DNA from: Selenomonadaceae bacterium
GTDB taxonomy: Bacteria; Bacillota; Negativicutes; Selenomonadales; Selenomonadaceae
Assembly (NCBI GenBank): GCA_022773425.1
Contig: JALFBM010000031.1
Location: 13,905-77,904 of the forward strand
DNA: 64,000 bases
Direction of reading: 5' to 3'
Part shown: positions 17,220 to 27,288 of the stretch, piece by piece
Layout: the number at the start of each line of letters is the position of its first letter
Position numbering within the stretch: the stretch's first letter is position 1
Notes under the pieces: generated by a model
The model's input: the letters and a program-made list of their open reading frames with translations, nothing else
What the model was told of the DNA's origin: nothing
The model's database searches: none
Translations under genes and position numbers: made by a program

Positions 17220-19256
17220 TCAGCCCTTCAGCATGCGTGCATCCACGGCGACTGCCGTGTCCTCGTAGGCGAATACCGGGTTGAGATCCATCTCCTTCAA
17301 ATCGCGATAGCGGAAAGGAAGTTCCGAGACATGCACCAGCAGAGCGGCCAGGCGGTCGAAGTCGACCGGCCCCTGCCCTCGCACGCCCTCGAGCAGCTTG
17401 TGCGCCTTGATGCCCGCCATCATCTCGCGCGCCGTCTCCTCGCGAATCGGCGCGACGCGGAACACGACGTCCTGAAACACCTCCGTATAGATGCCGCCGA
17501 GACCGAACGCAACGACCGGACCGAATGTCGCATCGCGGATGAGTCCGATGATGAGCTCCCGTCCGGGCGGCAGCATCTTCGATAAAATGGCCCCGCGAAA
17601 ATCCTTCCCGGCGCCGATCTGCGCGAGCTTGCGGAACGCCGAACGCGCGCCCGCTTCGTCGCCGATGTTCAAAATGACGCCGCCGACATCCGATTTGTGC
17701 AGAATCTGCGGCGATACGATCTTCATGACGACCGGGAAGCCGAGTTTTGCCGCCTCCGCGGCGGCCTCTGCCTCGCTGTGCACGAACGCGTATTGCTGTA
17801 CCGCAACGCCGTTTTCCCGCAGAAGCTGCTTTGCGTCCGGCTCGAGGAGCTCCGCCGGCAGCGGTTTCAGCTCTCCTGCCGGCAGCGGCGCGGTACCGAG
17901 CGGCGCCCTGCGCCTCTCTTCATAGGCTGCCATCTTCGAGAGCGCGCTGACGAAGCGTTCCCCGCTCTCATAATGCGGAATGCCCGCCCGCGCGAGGATT
18001 TCCCGCGCTTCCTGTATGTCGCTGCCGACTTCAATATGCGCGGCGATCGGCTTGCCGGACTTGCGGGCGGCTGCGGCGATGCCTTCCGCAATCGGCACCG
18101 ATTTTAGATACGGTGTCCCGATATAGAGCGCGAGCGCCGCGTCATATTCCTGCAATGCCGTCTCAAGCGATTCCTCGTACTGCTCGCCCGTGCCCTCAAC
18201 CGTAATGTCGAGCGGATTTTTGACGCTTGCAAAGGAAGGCAGGAACTCGTACAAGCTCTCCTTCATGCCGTCCGTCGGCTCGGGCATGGTAAGCCCGACC
18301 TCCTCGGCGCGATCGGTCGCCATGACGCCCGGCCCGCCGGAATTCGTAACGACCAGCAGTCGTTTGCCCTGGACCGGCGGCAGCATCGCGAATCCCTTGC
18401 AGATGTCGAACATTTCTTCCAGCGACATCGCGCGGACTGCGCCGCACTGGCGGATGGCCGCGTCGAAAACGCCATCCGCGCCAGCCATGGAGCCGGTATG
18501 CGACAACGCCGCGCGGCTGCCCGCGCTGCTGCGGCCCGCCTTCACGATGACGACCGGCTTGACCTTCGCCAGCTCCGCCAGGGTCTTCAGAAAGGCCCGC
18601 CCGTCATGCACGGACTCCATATAGCACGCGACGACCTTCGTATGCGGATCGTCCTTGAGCCAGCCGAGGAACTCGAGCATGTTGAGGTCGAGGCCGTTGC
18701 CGAAGCTCACGAATTTCGATACGCCGAGGCCCTGCGCCTTTGCCATCGCCATCAGGGAGCCGCCGACCGCGCCGCTCTGTGAAATGATCGCGATATTCCC
18801 CTCCGGCGGCCGCGTCTCGAGCGTCGCGAGCAGATGATCCTGTGTGCTAACCACCCCGGCGCAGTTCGGCCCTACAAAACGGATGCCATACTTCCGGCTG
18901 ACCGCAAGAATGGCTTCCTCGCCCTCGCGGTTGCCGGCCTCCGAAAAGCCGGAGGTGATGATGGCCGCGGCCTGGATGCCCTTTTTCCCACAGTCCTCCA
19001 GGACGGCCGGCACCGTTGCCGCCGGCGCCGCGATGACCGCGAGATCCACCACGTCTTCGATGTCGAGCACGGATGGATAGCCTTTGACTTCCTTGCCCGG
19101 CACATCCGCTACGCCCTGCCCCTTCGGGTTCACGGCGTAAATTTTTTCCATGCCGCCCTCAATCAAACGGTGAATCAGTACGTTGGCGAGCTTGCCAGGC
19201 TTTACCGAACCGAAAACCGCCACGCCCTTCGGGCTGAACAGTGCATCGTATACCAT
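17220..19256 (-). CDS. ADP-forming (NDP-forming) acyl-/acetyl-CoA synthetase, fused alpha-beta
   Basis: 678 aa. A CoA-binding / succinyl-CoA-synthetase-like N-half (GVAVFGSV, SQSGAVGGS, HTGSMAG) is fused to a C-terminal ATP-grasp domain. Confidence 0.85.
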   Translation of the reverse strand: MVYDALFSPKGVAVFGSVKPGKLANVLIHRLIEGGMEKIYAVNPKGQGVADVPGKEVKGYPSVLDIEDVVDLAVIAAPAATVPAVLEDCGKKGIQAAAIITSGFSEAGNREGEEAILAVSRKYGIRFVGPNCAGVVSTQDHLLATLETRPPEGNIAIISQSGAVGGSLMAMAKAQGLGVSKFVSFGNGLDLNMLEFLGWLKDDPHTKVVACYMESVHDGRAFLKTLAELAKVKPVVIVKAGRSSAGSRAALSHTGSMAGADGVFDAAIRQCGAVRAMSLEEMFDICKGFAMLPPVQGKRLLVVTNSGGPGVMATDRAEEVGLTMPEPTDGMKESLYEFLPSFASVKNPLDITVEGTGEQYEESLETALQEYDAALALYIGTPYLKSVPIAEGIAAAARKSGKPIAAHIEVGSDIQEAREILARAGIPHYESGERFVSALSKMAAYEERRRAPLGTAPLPAGELKPLPAELLEPDAKQLLRENGVAVQQYAFVHSEAEAAAEAAKLGFPVVMKIVSPQILHKSDVGGVILNIGDEAGARSAFRKLAQIGAGKDFRGAILSKMLPPGRELIIGLIRDATFGPVVAFGLGGIYTEVFQDVVFRVAPIREETAREMMAGIKAHKLLEGVRGQGPVDFDRLAALLVHVSELPFRYRDLKEMDLNPVFAYEDTAVAVDARMLKG

Positions 19257-19269
19257 TCTGCCGCCCCCT

Positions 19270-19875
19270 TCAGATTTCTTTTACCACCGCTGTGCGCCCG
19301 GCCTCAAAGGCAAACGCATTTACCTTCGCGGCTTTCGGCCAACGCGTTTCCAGCAGCCCTCGGATTTCCTCCTGCGGGAAGACCTGGCTGAGCTTCGTCC
19401 GGCCGAACAGGCTTCCGAGCACGAAGATATTGTCCCGGATCGGACGCCCCTGGAAATCCGGTTTCTCCTTCGGGTCGAGTACGATGGCTCTGCCGCCCGC
19501 CTGCCCGATTTCCCTTACGACGGTATCCGCTTCCGGATACGGCGCCTTGCCGAGCATGACCGCGGCGGGATTCCAGCGATTCGTGTAGAGCAGGAACTCT
19601 CCGCCTTTCTTGAGATACCGCACGCCCTTCAAGGCCTCCGATTGCTCCATCGCGATGACGAGATCCGCACCGCCCTCCGGGATATCCGGGCCGACCTCCG
19701 CCGAGCCGATCCGCAGCTGTACCTTGACGAACCCGCCGCGCTGCGCCATGCCTTTCGTCGGGTAGTAATTCACCGGCATATCCTTCTGAAACGCCGCCTT
19801 GGTCAGGATATCCGCAATGGTCAGGACGCCCTGGCCTCCGACGCCCACGATATAAATGTCCAATGTCTGCGCCAT
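19270..19875 (-). CDS. iorB: Indolepyruvate:ferredoxin oxidoreductase subunit beta
   Basis: 201 aa with DIYIVGVGGQGVLT. Lies 12 nt downstream of iorA. Confidence 0.8.
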   Translation of the reverse strand: MAQTLDIYIVGVGGQGVLTIADILTKAAFQKDMPVNYYPTKGMAQRGGFVKVQLRIGSAEVGPDIPEGGADLVIAMEQSEALKGVRYLKKGGEFLLYTNRWNPAAVMLGKAPYPEADTVVREIGQAGGRAIVLDPKEKPDFQGRPIRDNIFVLGSLFGRTKLSQVFPQEEIRGLLETRWPKAAKVNAFAFEAGRTAVVKEI

Positions 19876-19887
19876 GCTGTTTCCTCC

Positions 19888-21753
19888 TCACGCCTTGACG
19901 AGCGCACCGAATTTGCAGATCTGCGTGCAGATTCCACAGCCGTTGCACTGCGTGGCATCAATCGAAATCTTTCCATCGGTAAAGTCAATCGCCGGACAGC
20001 CGGTCTGATGGATACAGAGCTTGCAAGCCTTGCATTTATCCTCGACAACCCGCACCGTGCCGTAGCGGATCTTGCGGCGACCGGCCTGAATGGCGCACTC
20101 GCGGCGCGCGAGGACAACGCTCGTGCCTGAATATTGCATGGAGTCCGCGATGGCGTCCGTCATGCCGGCGAGGTCATAGGGATCGACGACCTTGAAGTCC
20201 GCAACGCCGAGCCCACGCACCACGCTCTCGATATCGATCTGGTGCCATACATGCTGCGGCGAATGCTGCGCTTCCTGCATCGTGCCCGGATTGACCTGCA
20301 TGCCGGTCATGGACGTCCAGCCGTTGTCCATGATGATCAGCGTCAGGTTCGACGCATGCTGCAGGGCGTTGACGAGGCCTGGCATGCCGGCATGGAAGAA
20401 CGTCGAATCGCCGATGGTCGCGATAACCGGATTTTTTGTACCGGCGTAGACAAAGCCCTGTGCCAGCGAGACGCTCGCGCCCATCGCGACTTCCGTCCAA
20501 AGAATCTCGAACGGCGGTGTCGTGCCGAGAATCGTGCAGCCAATATCGCCGGTTACGACGACCTCCTCCTTCTTCCTATGCAGTTTGCGGATCGCCTGCG
20601 CGATGGAAATGTAAGTGCCGCGATGCGGGCAGCCGGCGCAGACGGTAATCGGACGCGCAGCCGCGTACTTTTCCGGCTCGATGGCCGGCTTCTCGAGGAA
20701 CGCCGGCATCGCCGTACCGAGCAGCTTGATGATGCCGCGCTCGATGAGATCCGCGTTGTAGCAGCCGATGCGGCGGAAGGTCCCGTCGTTCTTCCCGAGG
20801 ATCTTTGCCTTCGCGCCCATCTGATAAGCGAGCAGGATGGCACGGTTCTCCACGTAGGGCTCGAGCTCCTCGAGCACCAGGATGTTCGAGCAGTTCTTCA
20901 GAATGGCCTTGAGCTCCGTATCCGCATACGGGAGCGTTTCCTTCAGATCGAGAACGGAAACCTCGGAGAGGTCGATGCCCGCCTTTTCTAACGCCGCGAA
21001 AGCCTCCCGGCGGTACAAGCTCGCCACGCCGAGCGCGATGACGCCTAAGCCGCCGGCCTTCTTGAGGGAAAGCGTATTAATGCCGGCTGCGGCAATCGGT
21101 GCTTTTGCTTTCTCGAGGCGGTCGAGCAGAGCCTGGTGCTGATCCATACAGATTTTCGCGCCGGCCTTCGTGTATTTCGCCATATTGTGCTCGAGCAGCG
21201 GGTGGCCGGTCTCCGGCAGGACACGCGGCTCGATCTCCACAGGGCCGTGTGACTGCGAGAGGCTCGTGACCGAACGCAGAAATACCGGTCCGCCGATTTC
21301 CTTCGCGACTTTGAACGCGAGCTTCGTCATATCGTAGGCTTCCTGCAAGGTAGCCGGCTCAAAAACCGGCATATCGCTGATCAAGCCAAAGCCGCGCGAA
21401 TCCTGCTCCGCCATGCCGGCGGAAACGCCAGGATCGTCGACCACATAGACGACCAGCGCGCCCGTACAACCGGAATAAGCAATGGATATCAGGCTGTCAT
21501 ACGCTACGTTGACGCCCGTCATCTTCATCGCGCACATCGTCGGATAGCCGAGCAGCGCCCCGCCAGCCGCGACCTCAAAAGCGACCTTTTCATTGGCACT
21601 CCACTCGACATCGGTTCCCGGCAGATCCATCGTCAGCAGCGTCTCGATCATCTCGGTCGAAGGCGTCCCCGGATAGCCGGCAACGATCTTGACGCCCGCA
21701 GCCAGCGCTCCGTAAGCAACCGCTTCATTGCCGCTCAAAAGTTTCTTTGCCAT
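19888..21753 (-). CDS. iorA: Indolepyruvate:ferredoxin oxidoreductase subunit alpha
   Basis: 621 aa with a TPP-binding region (GDIGC, GDSTFFHAG) and two C-terminal 4Fe-4S motifs (CKACKLCIHQTGCP, CNGCGICTQIC). Confidence 0.85.
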   Translation of the reverse strand: MAKKLLSGNEAVAYGALAAGVKIVAGYPGTPSTEMIETLLTMDLPGTDVEWSANEKVAFEVAAGGALLGYPTMCAMKMTGVNVAYDSLISIAYSGCTGALVVYVVDDPGVSAGMAEQDSRGFGLISDMPVFEPATLQEAYDMTKLAFKVAKEIGGPVFLRSVTSLSQSHGPVEIEPRVLPETGHPLLEHNMAKYTKAGAKICMDQHQALLDRLEKAKAPIAAAGINTLSLKKAGGLGVIALGVASLYRREAFAALEKAGIDLSEVSVLDLKETLPYADTELKAILKNCSNILVLEELEPYVENRAILLAYQMGAKAKILGKNDGTFRRIGCYNADLIERGIIKLLGTAMPAFLEKPAIEPEKYAAARPITVCAGCPHRGTYISIAQAIRKLHRKKEEVVVTGDIGCTILGTTPPFEILWTEVAMGASVSLAQGFVYAGTKNPVIATIGDSTFFHAGMPGLVNALQHASNLTLIIMDNGWTSMTGMQVNPGTMQEAQHSPQHVWHQIDIESVVRGLGVADFKVVDPYDLAGMTDAIADSMQYSGTSVVLARRECAIQAGRRKIRYGTVRVVEDKCKACKLCIHQTGCPAIDFTDGKISIDATQCNGCGICTQICKFGALVKA

Positions 21754-21788
21754 ATGCCTCTCCTACCTTATTCTCACAGCTTTTCTTC

Positions 21789-22769
21789 TTACACGAGATC
21801 CGCACCGGGCTTTCCCTTCAGGACATGCACGGCGTTCTCCGCCGCCCGGCGCTGCAGATCTCCAAGTGCCTCCTCCGAATCATACGAGATATGCGGCGTG
21901 ACCTCGATGCCGGGGCAGTGCAGCACGGGATCGCGGGGATCGGGTGGTTCCTGCTCCAGGACATCGAGCACGGCGCCGCCGAGCTTTCCTTCCCTCACGG
22001 CCGCTATCAGCGCATTCGTATCGAGCACGCCGCCGCGCGCGGTATTGATGAGGATGGCATCCCGCTTCATCCTCGCGAGTTCCGCGGCGCCGATGAAATG
22101 ATGCGTTTCTTTGTCATAGCGCAGATGCAGGCTCACGATATCCGCGTCGGCCAGTCCTTCCGCCAGCGGCTGATAGCAGACGCCCGCGGCCGCTGCCCTT
22201 TCCGCGTTCAAATGCGGACTCCAGGCGCTGACGGAAAGACCGACCCCGCGCGCCTTTTGCGCCACTGCCCGTGCAATGGACCCGAAACCGACGAGGAACA
22301 GCTTCTTGCTGCTCAACCGGTGCAGGGGTTCTGGCATCGCGGCAGCGCCCCATTTCCCGGCCCGGATTTCCTCTTCAAACCCCGCGGTCGGCTTGTATCG
22401 CCGATAGAGAACCGACAACACGTAGTCCGCAATATCCTCCGCGCAGTAGCCTGGGATATAGCCGACGGCTATGCCGCGCGCCCGCGCCTCCTGCACATCA
22501 ATATTGTTATAGCCGGTACCATAGTTCGAGAGAATCCTGCAATGCGTCAGCTGCTCCATCTCCCGCGGCCCGATCTCGATATCGATCTGCGTCAGCACGG
22601 CGTCCGCCAGCGGGCCGTACCGGGAGAGATCCTCCCGATACGTCTTTGGCCCGGAAAAGGCCAGCTCGTAGCCGTCCGCGCCGAATGCCCGATCAAACAC
22701 CGTCTTTTCGCGTTCGTAATCCGCCCATTCATCGTCGATAATCCAGAAAAATGGTTTTTCCATCGTCAC
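21789..22769 (-). CDS. D-isomer-specific 2-hydroxyacid dehydrogenase
   Basis: 326 aa with NAD-binding GFGSIARAVA, then TARGGVLD and VTPHISY. The start overlaps the upstream ABC ATPase stop by 4 nt. Confidence 0.8.
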   Translation of the reverse strand: MTMEKPFFWIIDDEWADYEREKTVFDRAFGADGYELAFSGPKTYREDLSRYGPLADAVLTQIDIEIGPREMEQLTHCRILSNYGTGYNNIDVQEARARGIAVGYIPGYCAEDIADYVLSVLYRRYKPTAGFEEEIRAGKWGAAAMPEPLHRLSSKKLFLVGFGSIARAVAQKARGVGLSVSAWSPHLNAERAAAAGVCYQPLAEGLADADIVSLHLRYDKETHHFIGAAELARMKRDAILINTARGGVLDTNALIAAVREGKLGGAVLDVLEQEPPDPRDPVLHCPGIEVTPHISYDSEEALGDLQRRAAENAVHVLKGKPGADLV

Positions 22770-23563
22770 GCCTCCATCGCAAGGGCCGTTTCATCCCCGC
22801 GCATCTCCTCATAAATCATGCCGAGGATATCGCGCTTATACTGCAGGAATCGCGGATCACTCTTGATGTAGATATCGCGGTCGCGCGGCAGATTGACCTC
22901 GATGACTTCTTTGATGGAGCCCGGATGCGACTTCATGACGACGATACGATCCGCCATGAAAATCGCCTCCTCGATATCGTGCGTGACCATGACGATGGTC
23001 TTCGGGTGCTTGCGCCATACATCGAGCGTCAGCTCCTGCATATGCCCGCGCGTCTGCGCGTCGAGCGCGCCGAATGGTTCATCGAGCAGCAGGCTGTCCG
23101 GATCAGTCGCGAGCGCCCTCGCGATGGCGACACGCTGGCGCATGCCGCCGGAAAGCTCTTTTGGATAGGCCTTCTCAAAGCCCGAAAGCCCGACGTCCTT
23201 CAGGTACTGCATGGCGATCTGCTCGCGCTCCGCCTTTTTCTTGCCGAGCTCCTTGAGACCGTACTCGACGTTCTTCAAGACGTTCAGCCAGGGAAAAAGC
23301 GTATACGACTGAAACACCATGCCGCGATCCGGCCCAGGCCCGAGGATAGGGTGATCGCCGGCGTAGATGGTCCCCGTCGTCGGCTCGAGGAAGCCGGCCA
23401 GCATGCGCAAAAGCGTCGATTTGCCGCATCCGGAGGCGCCGAGAATCGCGACGAACTCATTTTTGCGGATATCAAAATTGATTTCCCGAAGCGCTTCGGT
23501 CTTTTTCTTGCCGCTGTCATACCACTTGGTGACACCCTTGATGCGATACATGATCTTTTCCAT
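22766..23563 (-). CDS. ABC transporter ATP-binding protein, NitT/TauT family, copy 2
   Basis: GASGCGKST, LSGGMRQR, LLLLDEPFGALD, THD. A clear paralogue of 12956..13765. Confidence 0.9.
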   Translation of the reverse strand: MEKIMYRIKGVTKWYDSGKKKTEALREINFDIRKNEFVAILGASGCGKSTLLRMLAGFLEPTTGTIYAGDHPILGPGPDRGMVFQSYTLFPWLNVLKNVEYGLKELGKKKAEREQIAMQYLKDVGLSGFEKAYPKELSGGMRQRVAIARALATDPDSLLLDEPFGALDAQTRGHMQELTLDVWRKHPKTIVMVTHDIEEAIFMADRIVVMKSHPGSIKEVIEVNLPRDRDIYIKSDPRFLQYKRDILGMIYEEMRGDETALAMEA

Positions 23564-23593
23564 GATTCACCCCTCCTTGAAGGAAAACGCTCG

Positions 23594-24382
23594 TTACGTT
23601 TCACTCCAACGGAAAAATACTTTCTTGATTCCCATGAACAGAAAATCGAAAAACAGACCGAGCAGGCCGATGGTCAGCAGCCCGACAAAGATATTGCCGA
23701 CGTTCAGCATGCGCTGCGACTGAATCATCATGTAGCCGATACCGGCTGAGGCACCGACCATCTCGGCGACGACGACATAGGTCCAGGCCCAGCCGAGCAC
23801 CATGCGCAGCGAATCGACGATATGCGGCATGCTCGCCGGCAGGATGATCTTCGTCAAGACGCGCGACGGCTTTGTGCCGAGCGTGTAGCTGACCTCGACG
23901 AGGTCATGCGGCACCTTGCGGACATCGACAGCCACCATCAGGATGAGCTGCGGCAGGCTGCCCATGATGATCAAGGCGATTTTCTCCGACTCGTCAATGC
24001 CGATCCAGAGAATGAACAGCGGGATGAACGCGGTCGCCGGCAGATACCGGATAAACGACGTAATCGGCTCGATGAACGCATCGATCGGCGCGTAGGTCCC
24101 GATCAACAGCCCGACCGGCAGCGCGATCACAGCCGAAATCAGGAAGCCGGCGAGCACGCGGTAGGTCGATATTCCGATATCCTTGACGAAATCATGGTCT
24201 GCGAAAAGCTGCTGTGCGGACTCCACCGTGTGCTGCGGGGTTGGCAAGAAAGACGGATCCACCAGTCCGGTATTCGTCACGACGAACCAGGCGAGGAACA
24301 CGATGACGAACGTCAGCGCGCCGAAAACCGTGTACATCCTCTTGCCGATACTGCCCTGCGGCTCAAAACTCTTTCCTGTCAT
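23594..24382 (-). CDS. ABC transporter permease (NitT/TauT family)
   Basis: 262 aa with about 6 TM segments and a BPD_transp_1-type loop (SYTLGTKPSRVLTKIILPASMP). It is the only permease in the cluster. Confidence 0.85.
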   Translation of the reverse strand: MTGKSFEPQGSIGKRMYTVFGALTFVIVFLAWFVVTNTGLVDPSFLPTPQHTVESAQQLFADHDFVKDIGISTYRVLAGFLISAVIALPVGLLIGTYAPIDAFIEPITSFIRYLPATAFIPLFILWIGIDESEKIALIIMGSLPQLILMVAVDVRKVPHDLVEVSYTLGTKPSRVLTKIILPASMPHIVDSLRMVLGWAWTYVVVAEMVGASAGIGYMMIQSQRMLNVGNIFVGLLTIGLLGLFFDFLFMGIKKVFFRWSET

Positions 24383-24396
24383 AGAAGGTGCCTCCT

Positions 24397-25398
24397 TTAC
24401 AGCCCCTCAAAATAACTCGCATCGACGATATCCGTGCCCTTGACCGGCGTTTCCATGAGCTTCAGCTTGATCCAGAGATCCGAAGCCTTCTGCGCCATCT
24501 CGGCCATCTTGCCGGAAACCATGTAGTCCTTGGTCATCGCCTCATCGAAGTACTGGATGTTCAGCAGCTGTGCCTTGAACTCTTCCGGCGTCATGCCCTG
24601 GCTCTTCGCGAGGATAGGAATGGCTTCCTCCGGATTGTCCTGGATGAACTTCAGCGCCTTGAAGTACGCGCGGAGAATGCCCTTGACCGTCTTTGGGTTC
24701 TTCGTGGCAAAATCCTTGTTGAAGCAGAGCGCATCCACGATGACGCCCGGGCTTTCCTTGCTCGTCGTCATGACCGATCCGAAATCCGTAGCCTTTGCCT
24801 TGGAAAGCCATGGCTCCCAGGTAACCGCCGCGTCAACCTTGCCGCCGACGAACGAAGAACCCGCATCGCCAGCCGACATGTTCTTGATGTCGAAGTCCTT
24901 CATCGTGAGGCCCTGTGCGTCCAGCAGGGTATTGAACCAGAACAGAGACGCGCCGCCTGTCGTGTCGAGGGCGATGGTCTTGCCTTTGAGGTCGCTCAAC
25001 GTCTTGTACTCTTTCTTCGCGACGATGCCGTCACCGCCGTTGGAATTGCAGAGCGGCTGAACCATCACAAGATCGATGCCGCCCGACTTGGCCATGACCT
25101 CTGTATCGATCGTCTGTTCCATCCCCTGCAGCTGGCCGGCCTTCATGGCGTTTTTGATATCGCCGGCCGATTCGATGGTACGGATCTCGAGATCCACGCC
25201 CTCCTCTTTGGCAAAGCCCTTCTCTACGGCAAGATGAAGTGGCGCGTAGCCGATCCAGGTCGTGCAGCCCAGCGTAACCTTGCCCTGATAGGCGCCATCC
25301 GACGAAGCTGCTTTGTCTTTACCGCCGCAACCGCCGACTAGAACGGCGAATGCCGTCAATCCGGCAATCATCATTGTCTCCCATTTTCTCAGTTTCAT
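24397..25398 (-). CDS. ABC transporter substrate-binding lipoprotein, NitT/TauT family, copy 2
   Basis: Lipobox (VLVGGCGG) and an NMT1-like core closely paralogous to 7827..8837. Start at ATG 25398 after AAGGGAG. Confidence 0.8.
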   Translation of the reverse strand: MKLRKWETMMIAGLTAFAVLVGGCGGKDKAASSDGAYQGKVTLGCTTWIGYAPLHLAVEKGFAKEEGVDLEIRTIESAGDIKNAMKAGQLQGMEQTIDTEVMAKSGGIDLVMVQPLCNSNGGDGIVAKKEYKTLSDLKGKTIALDTTGGASLFWFNTLLDAQGLTMKDFDIKNMSAGDAGSSFVGGKVDAAVTWEPWLSKAKATDFGSVMTTSKESPGVIVDALCFNKDFATKNPKTVKGILRAYFKALKFIQDNPEEAIPILAKSQGMTPEEFKAQLLNIQYFDEAMTKDYMVSGKMAEMAQKASDLWIKLKLMETPVKGTDIVDASYFEGL

Positions 25399-25485
25399 GG
25401 CTCCGCTCCCTTTCTTTTCGTTCGCGAATTTGATTGAATAATTCATTTCTCTGATAAATGATTGATTCATTCATGTTGGAGAAAT

Positions 25486-25530
25486 AAAAAAACAACGACG
25501 CGTTGTTGTCCAAAGCGTCGTTGCTTTTTA
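25486..25530. terminator. Bidirectional stem-loop terminator after the SSS transporter gene
   Basis: 9-bp stem caacgacgc/gcgtcgttg, flanked by an A-run (25486-25492) and by CTTTTTA. Confidence 0.65.
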
Positions 25531-25640
25531 TGGCTTTATTATAGGTTCAACTGTGTATCATGTCAATACTTTTTCCATGTTTTTTCAAGTATCTTGTATA
25601 CGAAAAGCAAATTTGCCTTTTACACCATGACAATTATCTT

Positions 25641-27053
25641 TTATATATGGGTTCGGCGGTTTTTCACGAGGGCCCGGACCGGGCGGTATTTCTGCTGCAG
25701 GATGCCGGGCACGATGAGCAGGACGCTGACGGCGAGACCGACAAAGAGCGGGTTCAGTTTGATCCCGACGAAGCTCGCGGCGAGCGCGGCTCCCGTCGAT
25801 ATAACCATGGACGCGACGGCCCAATGGCGTTCGATGGCCTGCGGCAGGAAAACCGCGACCGTCAGCGGCAAAAAGATGCCACCGCCGCGCAGCGCCATCG
25901 AGAGATACGACCAGAACAGTACCTGCGAGCCCTCGTTGAGCACGGCAATCACGGCGGCGACGACGATGGTCGCGAGCACGAGGAGCCGCGTGAGCCAGAG
26001 CTGCGACGCGCTCTTCGTCACGTGCAGTGCTTTGCAGAGAATATCCCGCGAGAGCATCGTGCCGATGCCGAGAGACAATCCCGCGGTCGAACCGATCAGC
26101 GAAAGCATGATGCCGCCCATCGCGATGCTGCCGAGTACGACCGGCTGATAGGAGAGCAGGAACGTCGGCAGCGCGAGAATCGCAGGGACCTCCGGATGCG
26201 CCGCGTGCATATACATGCCGATCATCGCGCAGGGAAGGCCGATGGGCAGCGAGATCAGCGCCGCGACGAACGCGCCGACCGAGGCCGCCTTCGGCGTGGT
26301 TGCCGAGAAGATCGCCTGGACGTAGGTCTGCGTGCAGATCATGCCGACGATGACGGAAATCAGATTCGCCATCGTCATCTGCATGCCGCCTGCAAAGAGG
26401 TTGAACCAGGTATCGGCCGGCAGCACCGCGTGGATTTCCGGCTGGAAAAGGACCGCGTAACCGGCGGCGCCGCCCGCGAGCAACATGCTGACCCAGATGA
26501 CGACCATCTTCAGGATGCCGCCGACCCCCGCGCTCTTCATGCCGCCAAAAAAGGCGTAGCAGGTGACGAGCACGAGCAGGATTCCCGCCGCTGGCCAAAA
26601 CGGGATGGCGAGAATAGCGGCGATGATGTAGATGCCCGGCAGACAGCTCGATACCGCGCTGAAGAGAATGCCGAGCGATGAGACAACGCTCGTGAACACA
26701 CCGCCGGCCCTGCCGTAGTTCTGCACAAGGTATTGCGGGATGGTCTCGAGCGAGGAGCGGCGCAGGGGCCGCGCGTAGAAAATCCCCATGATGATCAGCG
26801 CCAGACCGACGCCGATCGTGAACCACCAGGCCGAAAGCCCGATGGTCGATGCGAGCTGCGCCGTACCGATGGTCGCGCCGCCGCCGACACAAGTTCCGGC
26901 GATGGAGCCGGCGACAAGCGGCACACCGGCTGAACGCCCGCCAAGGCTGAAGCCTTCGGCCGAATGAACGGACCTCGCCGCGTAGATGCCGCAGCCGAGA
27001 ACGACGGCAATGGTCGCCGCGATGAGGAACAGCTGAATAGGGGAAAGTTCCAT
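25641..27053 (-). CDS. Sodium:solute symporter (SSS) family transporter
   Basis: 470 aa and highly hydrophobic, with about 12-13 TM segments and an SSS-like N-terminus (GFSLGGRSAGVPLVAGSIAGTCVGGGATIG). Confidence 0.75.
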   Translation of the reverse strand: MELSPIQLFLIAATIAVVLGCGIYAARSVHSAEGFSLGGRSAGVPLVAGSIAGTCVGGGATIGTAQLASTIGLSAWWFTIGVGLALIIMGIFYARPLRRSSLETIPQYLVQNYGRAGGVFTSVVSSLGILFSAVSSCLPGIYIIAAILAIPFWPAAGILLVLVTCYAFFGGMKSAGVGGILKMVVIWVSMLLAGGAAGYAVLFQPEIHAVLPADTWFNLFAGGMQMTMANLISVIVGMICTQTYVQAIFSATTPKAASVGAFVAALISLPIGLPCAMIGMYMHAAHPEVPAILALPTFLLSYQPVVLGSIAMGGIMLSLIGSTAGLSLGIGTMLSRDILCKALHVTKSASQLWLTRLLVLATIVVAAVIAVLNEGSQVLFWSYLSMALRGGGIFLPLTVAVFLPQAIERHWAVASMVISTGAALAASFVGIKLNPLFVGLAVSVLLIVPGILQQKYRPVRALVKNRRTHI

Positions 27054-27139
27054 GGGGTATCGCGTTTCCTTTCTTGTTCTTGTGTTCGTCTTGCTTTACA
27101 ACGTTACACTTTCCTGTATGGTATTGATCTTATAAGCCG

Positions 27140-27167
27140 ATTATAGCACCGCAAAATTTTCCGTCAA
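27140..27167 (-). promoter_or_regulatory. Candidate promoter of SSS transporter gene
   Basis: On the minus strand: TTGACG (27167..27162), 16 nt, TATAAT (27145..27140). Lies about 85 nt upstream of ATG 27053. Confidence 0.5.
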
Positions 27168-27259
27168 GAATTGTTTTTTCTCCCTCCAAACAAAAGAATA
27201 CGCCTGGCACGCGACATTTTCTCGTGTTTTGCGCATCCTTCCCCCAAAAAACGATTTCT

Positions 27260-27288
27260 TTGACTTCCCCACCGGGCATTGCTACAAT
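27260..27288 (+). promoter_or_regulatory. Near-consensus promoter of thiT
   Basis: TTGACT (27260-27265), 17 nt, TACAAT (27283-27288). Confidence 0.6.
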
